Source: Deltaproteobacteria bacterium
GTDB lineage: Bacteria; Myxococcota_A; UBA9042
DNA length: 64,000 nucleotides
Assembly (NCBI GenBank): GCA_020632665.1
Contig: JACKFC010000008.1
Coordinates: 71,557-135,556, forward strand
Direction: 5' to 3'
The position numbers and the translations under genes were made by a program. The notes under the pieces are model-generated. The model made no database searches. It had not been told where the DNA came from and saw only the letters and a list, made by a program, of their open reading frames with translations. Below, one piece after another: positions 56,527 to 64,000 of the stretch. Positions within the stretch are counted from its first letter, which is position 1; every line of letters begins with the position of its first letter.

Positions 56527-57776
56527 ATCGTCACGAATGGGCCGTGTTGCTGCGCGATCGCAGCGGTTGGCGCACCGTCCTGCCGCAGGGCCGGCTGACC
56601 CTCTGCGCGCCGGACGCCGTGGCCGACGCCGCCGACTGCCCGGACGTCGTCGTCTCCGCCGACGTGCCGATCGGTCGCTGGCTCCGCTTCCGGGCCCAGG
56701 GCGAGGGGGTGCTCGTGGTCGGCGAGGGCGCGGTCGACGCCAGCGGCGCCGCGATCACCGGCCGCCCCCGCAGTGTGCGCCCGGGCGAGGTGATCCGCCT
56801 GGGGCCGGTCGCGATCGTGCTGCTGCAAGCGGTGCCGGTGGCCGGCGGCGGTCGTGGGCCGGTGCTGCTGCGCGCGGCGGACGCGCTGAGCGCCTGCCCT
56901 TCGGTGCACCGCGCGTGGGGGGAGCTGTTGCTCGCGGCCAGCACGGATTGGCCGATCTTGCTGCACGGCGCGTCGGGCACCGGCAAGGAGCTCGCGGCGC
57001 GCTTGGCGCATCAGGCCTCACCGCGGCACGCGCAGCCGATGGTGGCGATCTCCGCAGCGGCGCTGCCGGCCGGCACGATGCACGCCGAGCTCTTCGGCGC
57101 GCGTCGCGGCGCCTATACCGGCAGCGTCGCCGACCGCGAGGGCGCCTTCGGCCGGGCCGACGGCGGCACGCTGCTGATCGACGAGGTCGGCGAACTCGAC
57201 GCCGGGGCGCAGGCGGCGCTGTTGCGGGTGCTCGAGACCGGAGAGATCACCCCGCTCGGCGACCGCCCGCGGCAGGTCGACGTCCGCGTCCTCGCCGCCA
57301 CCCACCGCGACCTCGGCGCGATGGTGCAGGCCGGGCATTTTCGGCTCGACCTCTACCACCGCCTATTGGTCACCGCCGTGACCCTGCCACCGCTCGCCGC
57401 GCGGGCCGACGACGCCGCGCGGGTCCTCGCCGAGCTGCTCGGTCGGCCGCTCGACGCCGCGACGCGGGCCGTCGTGCAAGGCTACGACTGGCCTGGCAAC
57501 CTGCGCGAGCTGCGCAACGTCGCGCGGCGGGTCCGGCTCTCGATCGCCGACGGTGAGCCGACCGCGGCCGACGTGCGGGCCGCGATCGCTGCCGGCGCGC
57601 CGCGGCAACGCGCCCTGGCCCGGGTCGATCCCATCGCCCGCCGCGCCGAACGTCGCCGCCGGGTCGCCGCGGCCGTCGCCGATCACGCCTCGACCGCCGC
57701 CGCGTGCCGCGCGAGCGGGTTGCCACGGGCGAGCTTCTACCGCGCGCTGCGCGAGCTGCGGGCCGATGCGGCCTGA
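56523..57776 (+). CDS. Sigma54 enhancer-binding-type AAA+ transcriptional regulator without receiver domain
   Basis: GASGTGKELAAR, ELFGARRGAYTGS, GGTLLIDEVGEL, FRLDLYHRL, WPGNLREL, C-terminal HTH-like segment. Confidence 0.88.
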   Translation: MNRHEWAVLLRDRSGWRTVLPQGRLTLCAPDAVADAADCPDVVVSADVPIGRWLRFRAQGEGVLVVGEGAVDASGAAITGRPRSVRPGEVIRLGPVAIVLLQAVPVAGGGRGPVLLRAADALSACPSVHRAWGELLLAASTDWPILLHGASGTGKELAARLAHQASPRHAQPMVAISAAALPAGTMHAELFGARRGAYTGSVADREGAFGRADGGTLLIDEVGELDAGAQAALLRVLETGEITPLGDRPRQVDVRVLAATHRDLGAMVQAGHFRLDLYHRLLVTAVTLPPLAARADDAARVLAELLGRPLDAATRAVVQGYDWPGNLRELRNVARRVRLSIADGEPTAADVRAAIAAGAPRQRALARVDPIARRAERRRRVAAAVADHASTAAACRASGLPRASFYRALRELRADAA

Positions 57777-57887
57777 TGCGACGGTCGCGACGGCGCGGGG
57801 GTGCGCGCAAATCTTGACGGCCCCCCGCGCCGCGCGAGCATCGGAGGCAGCGCGCCCACGGCAGCCGGGGGTGCCGAGGAGTCCCCG

Positions 57888-58613
57888 ATGTCCCGTACCG
57901 TCCGCAGCCTGCTCCGCACCTCGACCGCCCTATTCGGCCTGCTCGCCGGGCTGATGGCGGGCTCCCCGGCGTTCGCGCAGGGCGCGCTCGTCACCGGCGC
58001 GGACGCAGCCTTCGCGGCTCCGGCGGTCTCGGTGGTCGGCGCCGAGACGCTGGCTCCCGGAGAGCGCGCGCTCGTGGTCTCGGCCGGCTTGCCCGACGTC
58101 GAGGTCGGCATGCTCTGGGGCACCAGCTCGATGACGGACGTGCTCGCGCGACTGCGCTTTCAATACGGCCGCGGGGTGCGGATCGCGGGCGGCGGCATCA
58201 CGCTCGGCACGACGCTGCGCATGCGCCTCGCCAGCTTCTCGGGCTGGAACCTGGCGTTGACCAGCGACCCCGAGCTGACGCTGCACATCCTCGGCAGCGA
58301 TCACCCACCGACCAGCAAGACCGGCCCGGTCGCCTTCGGCGTCACGCCGTTGGCCGGCGGCGTGGTCCTGGATCGGATGCTGCTGCCGGAAGTGCGCCTC
58401 GCCCTGGCGGTGCAGACCGGCGTCGGTTTCTTCATCGCGCCCGATACCGTCGTCTCCGTCCCCATCAGCGTCGGGATCGCGGTCGAGAGCAAGCTGGCGG
58501 AGTCGATGTGGCTCTTCGCGCGGATCGACACCGGCTACGACCTCTATGGCCCCGGTGGCATCCCCGGCTCGGACGTCCTGCTCCGCGCGCGCCTCGGCCT
58601 CTCGTTCCTGTAG
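57888..58613 (+). CDS. Hypothetical exported beta-rich protein (possible outer-membrane barrel)
   Basis: Signal peptide ending PAFA; alternating beta-strand pattern; C-terminal Phe-Leu. Confidence 0.6.
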   Translation: MSRTVRSLLRTSTALFGLLAGLMAGSPAFAQGALVTGADAAFAAPAVSVVGAETLAPGERALVVSAGLPDVEVGMLWGTSSMTDVLARLRFQYGRGVRIAGGGITLGTTLRMRLASFSGWNLALTSDPELTLHILGSDHPPTSKTGPVAFGVTPLAGGVVLDRMLLPEVRLALAVQTGVGFFIAPDTVVSVPISVGIAVESKLAESMWLFARIDTGYDLYGPGGIPGSDVLLRARLGLSFL

Positions 58614-58927
58614 CGAATCGACGCAGTCTGCTCGACCGCAGCCAATCCTCCAGATCCCGTTCAGGTTCACGGTTCTCCGGCCGGCCGCCGCAGGCGTTGG
58701 CGGGTCCGACCGCCACTCTGCGTCACTCTGCCGCAGGGCGACATCGATGTCGTCCGTGAAAAAATAGTTTGAAATCGGAACATTCAGGATCGTCTGCGGA
58801 TCAAGTGCGCAAGACTTGCGCGGTAAGCGACAACCATGTCCGGCCCTCTCGATCCGACGATCGCCTCGATCACGGAGATCCCGCGAGATCTCGGCAGAAG
58901 ATCTGACATCATGATCAGGGTCGAGGT

Positions 58928-58943
58928 TGGCACGGCCTGTGCA
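58928..58943 (+). promoter_or_regulatory. Sigma54 -24/-12 promoter
   Basis: TGGCACG-GCCT-GTGCA matches consensus TGGCACG-N4-TTGCW with one mismatch. Confidence 0.65.
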
Positions 58944-58953
58944 TCATGAAGAG

Positions 58954-59052
58954 GCACGACGGATCGCTCGATCCCTCCAGTTGCTTGCGTACATGATCGG
59001 GTTGGAAGACGCGCGGGGCTCCGGTGCCAAAGGAGCCCCGCGCGTCGCTTTT
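58954..59052 (+). ncRNA. Candidate sigma54-dependent small RNA
   Basis: Bounded by a sigma54 promoter and an intrinsic terminator; no usable ORF inside; potential stem-loops and a CCCTCC motif. Confidence 0.45.
59008..59052 (+). terminator. Rho-independent terminator
   Basis: Perfect 15-bp stem GACGCGCGGGGCTCC / GGAGCCCCGCGCGTC with 9-nt loop, followed by GCTTTT. Confidence 0.75.
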
Positions 59053-59062
59053 GGGCCCTGCG

Positions 59063-59091
59063 TTGACTTGCAACCTCGGGGTGGTATGACT
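59063..59091 (+). promoter_or_regulatory. Possible sigma70-type promoter for the ArnT-like gene
   Basis: TTGACT (59063-59068), 16-bp spacer, TATGAC (59085-59090), immediately after the terminator. Confidence 0.4.
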
Positions 59092-59120
59092 CGCGCCCCC
59101 CGAGGGGGCCGGAGATCGTT

Positions 59121-61562
59121 GTGCAGCGACACCCACTTGCCATCCTCGCGGACCCGGAGTCCCTCGACCGCTTCGAGCCGACGCAGGCCGACCGGCGCTG
59201 GCGCTGGGGCACGATCTTCGCGTTCTTCGCGCTCTACGTCTGGAATTGCGGCAGCTTCGGCCTCTGGGACCCGTGGGAGACCCACTACGGTGAGGTCGCC
59301 CGCAACATGCTCGAGAGCTACGATTGGGTGAACCCGTGGTGGGGCTACCGGGAGAAGATCGGCACCGAGCCGGTCGCCGGCAGCTGGTTCTACTCCAAGC
59401 CGATCTGGATCTTCTGGTCCGAGGTGACCTTCCTCAAGCTGATCGGCCTTTCGGATTGGGCGTTTCGCCTGCCGATGGCGCTGATCGGCGCCTCGGCGGT
59501 GAGCGCGCTCTACCTCGCGGTCGAGCGGGCCCTCTCGCGCCGCCACGCCTTCTGGGCCGCGGTGGTCGTCGGCCTCTCGCCCTTCATCTACATGGTCAGC
59601 CGCCAGGCGCAGACCGATATGCCCTTCGTCGCGACGATGACGATCGGCCTCTCGTTCTTCATCGCCGCGGTCTTCGGCCGCCGCGAGCCGCTGAGCGACG
59701 CCGCTTTCGCCCGCCGCATCGCGGCATTTCTCGCCTTCTTCGCAGCGAATCTCGGCCCACAGCTCGCGATCGTCGCCACCGACCTGGTCGATCCGAACGC
59801 CGGCGCCGGGCTCTCGGGTGGTGCGGCGATCGCGGCGCAGATCCAACAGAACGGCGTCTGGCACTTGCTCTTCTACGTGCCGCCGGCGATCGCCGTCCTG
59901 GCTTCGGTGCTGCTGCCGATCTGGCGCGCCCGCGGCGCCTGGGACGACGCCTTCAAGGACCGGACGCTGCGGCGGATGCTGTTGCTCTGCTTCTACATGA
60001 TGCTGGCGCAGGCGACCTACGCCAAAGGTCTGCTCGGCTTCATGCTGCCCGGCGCGATCTTGTTCATCTGGCTGCTGGTGACGACGCATTGGCGCGTCCT
60101 CGGCCGGGTCGAGCTGCTCCGCGGCATCCCGCTCTTCCTGATCACGGCGCTGCCCTGGTACGTCGCGATGTTCTGCCGCCACGGCCGCGCCTACTACGAC
60201 CGCTTCTTCATCCATGACCACTTCAACCGGGTCGGCTCGGGTGTGCACCAGATCGACCACGGCACGTTCGAGCACTTCATCGAGTGGCTCGGCTACGGCC
60301 TCTTCCCATGGACCGCGCTGGTGCCGATGGCGCTGGTCGCGGTGGCGCGGCCGCGTCGCGCCGAGGCCAGCGGCACCGATTCGGTGCACGGCCAGGCGAT
60401 GCGGGCGTTCATCTTCGTCTGGTTCGCGGTCGCCTTCGCCGTCTTCACCATCAGCTCGACGAAGTTCCACCACTACATCTTGCCCGCGGCGCCGGCGCTC
60501 GGCCTGCTCGTCGCCTTCTACCTGGTCGAGCTCGAGCGCCTGCCCGACGCGACCCGCCGGCTGCACCTGCTGCTCGCCGTGGGCGTCGGCGCGGTCCTGC
60601 TCGTCGATCTGTGGATCGAGCCGCAGAGCCTGCGGCAGATGTTCACGTACAAATACGACCGCCCGCTGCCAGACTTCCTGCCCTACGATTGGAACGACGT
60701 GCTCGATTGGCGCTCGGACGGCAAGCCGGCGCTGCGCTGGGGCGAGACCGACTTCGCGCGGCACGTCGGCGCCACCACTGCCGCGCTGCTGCAGGTGCCC
60801 GCCTTCCGCTACGAGCGCTTCGTGCCATGGGTCGGTGGCCTCGCCGTCGCGCTGCTCTTGGTCGGCCTGCTGCGACGCGGGATCTCGGCGATGCGGATCG
60901 GCGTCGCGGCGAGTGCGGCGCTCATCGCCTTCTGGGCGTTGAACGTCTACATGCCGCTGCTGACGCCTTCGTGGAGCCAGCGCTACAACTTCGAGGCGTA
61001 CTACGGCGACTGCACCCCGCTCGAGCAACCGGTCGAGATCACCGAGGCCTATACACCGCTGGTGCGCCGCGCCGGATTGGACTTCGTCGCCGACTTCTTC
61101 GACAGCAAGCCCAAGCGCGTCTGCCGCGAAGACATCATCTCCTGGCTGATCACCTGGCGCGGCGAGACCTTCTACTCGAACAACGAGATCCGCCCGATCA
61201 ACAAGGAAGCGACGCAATTCGAGCCCTACCTGCGCGACTCGAACCACGGCAAGACCTTCTACGTCCTCATGGAGCGCGGCCGCAACGGCGGCTTCCTCGG
61301 CAAGCTCCGCTCGGAGAGCCGCAAGCTGAAGGACCGCGGCGAAGAAGGCTGGAAAGAGATCCGCGACTGGGACTGCACCTTGATCAACAACGACTCGGCG
61401 TTCTTCGTCGTCTCCAAGTGTGTGCCGAAGTACGAAGGGCAGTCTACGCCCGAGCCGACGACCCGGCCCGGTAAGGCGATCCCGACCGGGCGCGACGCGC
61501 AGAAGCTCCTCGAAGGCCTGCGCCGCGGCGCGCGTCCGGCACCCGCCGCGCCGGGACGTTGA
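59121..61562 (+). CDS. ArnT/PMT-family (GT-C) membrane glycosyltransferase
   Basis: LWDPWETHYGEVARNML, FYSKP, RLPMAL, TDMPFVA, YAKGLLG, LPWYVAM, TKFHHYILP; many TMs. Confidence 0.85.
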   Translation: MQRHPLAILADPESLDRFEPTQADRRWRWGTIFAFFALYVWNCGSFGLWDPWETHYGEVARNMLESYDWVNPWWGYREKIGTEPVAGSWFYSKPIWIFWSEVTFLKLIGLSDWAFRLPMALIGASAVSALYLAVERALSRRHAFWAAVVVGLSPFIYMVSRQAQTDMPFVATMTIGLSFFIAAVFGRREPLSDAAFARRIAAFLAFFAANLGPQLAIVATDLVDPNAGAGLSGGAAIAAQIQQNGVWHLLFYVPPAIAVLASVLLPIWRARGAWDDAFKDRTLRRMLLLCFYMMLAQATYAKGLLGFMLPGAILFIWLLVTTHWRVLGRVELLRGIPLFLITALPWYVAMFCRHGRAYYDRFFIHDHFNRVGSGVHQIDHGTFEHFIEWLGYGLFPWTALVPMALVAVARPRRAEASGTDSVHGQAMRAFIFVWFAVAFAVFTISSTKFHHYILPAAPALGLLVAFYLVELERLPDATRRLHLLLAVGVGAVLLVDLWIEPQSLRQMFTYKYDRPLPDFLPYDWNDVLDWRSDGKPALRWGETDFARHVGATTAALLQVPAFRYERFVPWVGGLAVALLLVGLLRRGISAMRIGVAASAALIAFWALNVYMPLLTPSWSQRYNFEAYYGDCTPLEQPVEITEAYTPLVRRAGLDFVADFFDSKPKRVCREDIISWLITWRGETFYSNNEIRPINKEATQFEPYLRDSNHGKTFYVLMERGRNGGFLGKLRSESRKLKDRGEEGWKEIRDWDCTLINNDSAFFVVSKCVPKYEGQSTPEPTTRPGKAIPTGRDAQKLLEGLRRGARPAPAAPGR

Positions 61563-61649
61563 GGCCCTCGCGTTGTCACCGCGACAGGACGCGGCTACCC
61601 TCGGAAACCCGCGCCCAAGCTACGACCCATCGGGCGCTTCGGTGGTGAT

Positions 61650-63038
61650 GTGAGCAGCTCGGACAAGGATCAACACGGCCTTCCTGCCGCCCCGCCACCC
61701 GGGGAACGCGCCGCGCTGCCGTCTCGCCTACGTGGCGACGCCCGGCGCGCTCGCGACAAGACGCAATTCGGCGTCACCACGCACGACGCGCAGCCGAGCG
61801 AACCACCTCACGGCGAACATCGGCCAACGGTGCAGCAGTTCGGCGCCACGATGTCTGGCCATCGGCACCAGGAGACCGTGCTCTACGAGGCCGACGCCGC
61901 CGAGCCGGCGCAGCCTCCGCTGCCGGGTGTCGGCCTGGACGAGCTGCTCGAGCGCGGCCCACGCGACGCCGACGACGCGATCGTCCGCATCCGCGACGTC
62001 GCCAAGGCGCTCGAGGCGCGCCACGCCAAGGGCATGGGTCACGGTGGCCTGACGACGCGCCACATTCGCTACGTTCCCGACGAGAAGGGCGAGTTGGTCC
62101 TGCTCGATATGCCCGACGCCAAGGTGGACGAGCTCTTCGAGGCCCGCTTCGAGGCGCCGGAGCTCTCGGGTGCGCTGCAGACCCGCACCGTGCAGCCGAC
62201 CCGCGCCGACGTGTACGCGCTCGGCGCGATCTTCTTCGAGATGGTCTGCGGTCGACCACTCTACCAAGCGCCGACACCGAAAGACCTGCGCAACAAGCAC
62301 GCCCGCGCCGCCGTTCCCGGCGCGCGCCAAGCCAACCCCGACGCAGACCTACCGCCGTCGGTCGAATTGGTGATGCAGAAGGCGCTGAAGAAGCGCCCCG
62401 GCGATCGCCATGCCGACGCGGCCGCCTTCATTGCCGACCTCGTCTCGGCCAATTCCGACGACGACCGCGGCACCGTTCACCTCTCCGCCGAGGAAGCCAG
62501 CTTCCTCAAGGATATCCTCGAGGCCAAGACGCAGTCCGAGCGGACCAAGCAAGAGGTCGAAGAGGAGAAGAAGCGGGTCGAAGAGGAGAAGCGTCGCGCT
62601 GCCGCCGAGGCCGCGGCCGCGGAAGCAGCCCGAGACGCGGCACGGCAAGCGGAAGAGGCCGCCAATCTCGCCGCACAGGGCGCAGAGACGCGCAAGAAGA
62701 CGATGCGCAAGCTCAGCATCGTGGCCGTCCTGGTGGTGATCGCCGCCGGTGGCGCCGCTGCGTGGTTCCTGACCCGCGACCCCGAGATCGTGACCAAGAC
62801 CGAGACCGTGACCAAGACGGTGACCAAGACGGTGACCAAGACCGAGGTCAAGCTGGTCGAGGTGCCGGTCGTCATCGAGGCGGGCCCGACCCAGCCGGTC
62901 GACGCCGGCTCGACCGAAGAACCCGAGAAGAAGGTCCGGCGGCCCAAGCCCCGGCCCAAGCCCCGGCCCGAGCCCGAGGCAGAGCCCAAGCCCAAGCCCA
63001 AGCCCGCGACGGACCCGAACGCGCTGCCGGTCTGGTGA
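61650..63038 (+). CDS. Membrane-anchored kinase C-lobe-like (pseudokinase) protein
   Basis: FEAPE, ADVYALGAIFFEMVCGRP, KALKKRPGDR; coiled coil, TM, Thr/Lys and Pro/Lys-rich tail; no catalytic HRD or DFG. Confidence 0.7.
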   Translation: MSSSDKDQHGLPAAPPPGERAALPSRLRGDARRARDKTQFGVTTHDAQPSEPPHGEHRPTVQQFGATMSGHRHQETVLYEADAAEPAQPPLPGVGLDELLERGPRDADDAIVRIRDVAKALEARHAKGMGHGGLTTRHIRYVPDEKGELVLLDMPDAKVDELFEARFEAPELSGALQTRTVQPTRADVYALGAIFFEMVCGRPLYQAPTPKDLRNKHARAAVPGARQANPDADLPPSVELVMQKALKKRPGDRHADAAAFIADLVSANSDDDRGTVHLSAEEASFLKDILEAKTQSERTKQEVEEEKKRVEEEKRRAAAEAAAAEAARDAARQAEEAANLAAQGAETRKKTMRKLSIVAVLVVIAAGGAAAWFLTRDPEIVTKTETVTKTVTKTVTKTEVKLVEVPVVIEAGPTQPVDAGSTEEPEKKVRRPKPRPKPRPEPEAEPKPKPKPATDPNALPVW

Positions 63039-63072
63039 GGCCGAGGCAAACGACAGTGGCAGGAGCGCGCGC

Positions 63073-63696
63073 ATGAACGCAGCGGAATTTTGGGATCTCC
63101 CGCGGGGGACGCGGCCATCGGCGCTGATGATGGAGATCGTGCCGGCCTCGCCGGTGAAGCTCCCGGCGGCGTCGATCTCGCTGCCGAGCACGATCGTCGT
63201 TCGCGGCACCGGCGGCGGCACCTGGTCCGGTCGCTTGGTCGATGGGAAGATCGCGATGGCCGAGGGGGCGCAGCATCCAGCGCTCTGCGCGGTCACGGTC
63301 GAGCGCAACACCTTGCGTGAGCTCGTCGCCGGCGCGTTGCGTGACCGTGGCCTGAAGATCATGGAGCGGCTCGGCCGGCCCATGGCCATCCCCGACCTCT
63401 CGCGCCTGCCGGTGCGTGAGGACCGCGCCCTGGCCTTGGCGAAATTGCAGGGCAGCATCGCGATCGAGATCGTCGACCGAGATTTCGGTGAGACCCACCG
63501 GATCGTGGTGACCTTCGGCGACGCCGCGCCCGCCTTCGAGACCGCGACCACGACGGTGCGCATCGACGCCGACGAGGCCGTCGAATGGATCGCGACCCGC
63601 GCCGACCCGCGCGCCATCCTCAAGGGCGGCCGGGTTCGCGTCGAGGGCGACCTCGCGCTGCCGACCCGCGCCCTGGCTCTTGTCCTCGACCCGTAG
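63073..63696 (+). CDS. SCP2 sterol-binding-like domain protein
   Basis: C-terminal ADPRAILKGGRVRVEGDLAL resembles the SCP2 signature. Confidence 0.65.
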   Translation: MNAAEFWDLPRGTRPSALMMEIVPASPVKLPAASISLPSTIVVRGTGGGTWSGRLVDGKIAMAEGAQHPALCAVTVERNTLRELVAGALRDRGLKIMERLGRPMAIPDLSRLPVREDRALALAKLQGSIAIEIVDRDFGETHRIVVTFGDAAPAFETATTTVRIDADEAVEWIATRADPRAILKGGRVRVEGDLALPTRALALVLDP

Positions 63697-63717
63697 CCGA
63701 GATCTCTAGGAGAGACC

Positions 63718-64000
63718 ATGAGTGACGCAGATCGCCTGCGCCGCGCCCTGCGCTCGCGCGCCCGGCGCGCCCCCCGCGACGCCGAAGCCGAAGCCGAGCG
63801 CGTGCGCCGCAACGAAGAGCTCGCGCGGGCCCAGGCCGAAGCAGACCCCGGACCGCGCGCGCCGAGCCCGGCCGTGGCTGCCAGCACCGCGCTGGCGCAC
63901 GCCGCCGACGCCGGCTCGCAGCTCGCCTTGGCCCGGCTCGACCAGGACGCGCCGTTGCGGCTGCACGGCGACCCGGACAACGGGCTCGACGACGACGAAG
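63718..64000 (+). CDS. Hypothetical protein, 3'-truncated by window edge
   Basis: AGGAGA RBS before ATG at 63718; frame open to the window end. Confidence 0.5.
   Translation, partial: MSDADRLRRALRSRARRAPRDAEAEAERVRRNEELARAQAEADPGPRAPSPAVAASTALAHAADAGSQLALARLDQDAPLRLHGDPDNGLDDDE

Noticed and set aside
58946-58996. Short ORF MKRHDGSLDPSSCLRT
   Set aside because: Its ATG is only 3 nt past the sigma54 -12 element, upstream of the predicted start site, and has no RBS
58944-61247. 767-aa minus-strand ORF
   Set aside because: Antisense shadow of the ArnT-like glycosyltransferase

Overview
High-GC chromosomal window, inferred to be from a Myxococcota-like bacterium (MYXO-CTERM-like tails, myxosortase-like protease, Cys-rich lipoproteins, PilZ/TPR proteins, pseudokinases). 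It holds the replication-origin cluster: recF-dnaN-dnaA on the minus strand, divergent from rpmH-rnpA-yidD-yidC-jag, with a candidate oriC between dnaA and dnaN. Housekeeping genes include trmL, fadA, a fadB/fadN-type gene, proB, murA, trxB, murI, aroQ, efp and rluD. There are two very large Cys-rich lipoproteins and one complete IS701-like element with inverted repeats and a 6-bp target duplication. Best novelty candidates: (1) a lower-GC six-gene operon at about 12.55-18.13 kb encoding three tandem, highly diverged paralogous small proteins, a small ORF, a 1097-aa protein with a central hydrophobic segment and a coupled Cys-rich exported protein; (2) an unannotated ~100-nt unit at about 58.95-59.05 kb between a sigma54-type promoter and a strong intrinsic terminator (candidate sRNA); (3) one ORF encoding two matrixin-type proteases joined by a sorting signal plus a second signal peptide. 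No rRNA, tRNA or CRISPR array was seen. All calls come from reading motifs by eye; no database search was run.
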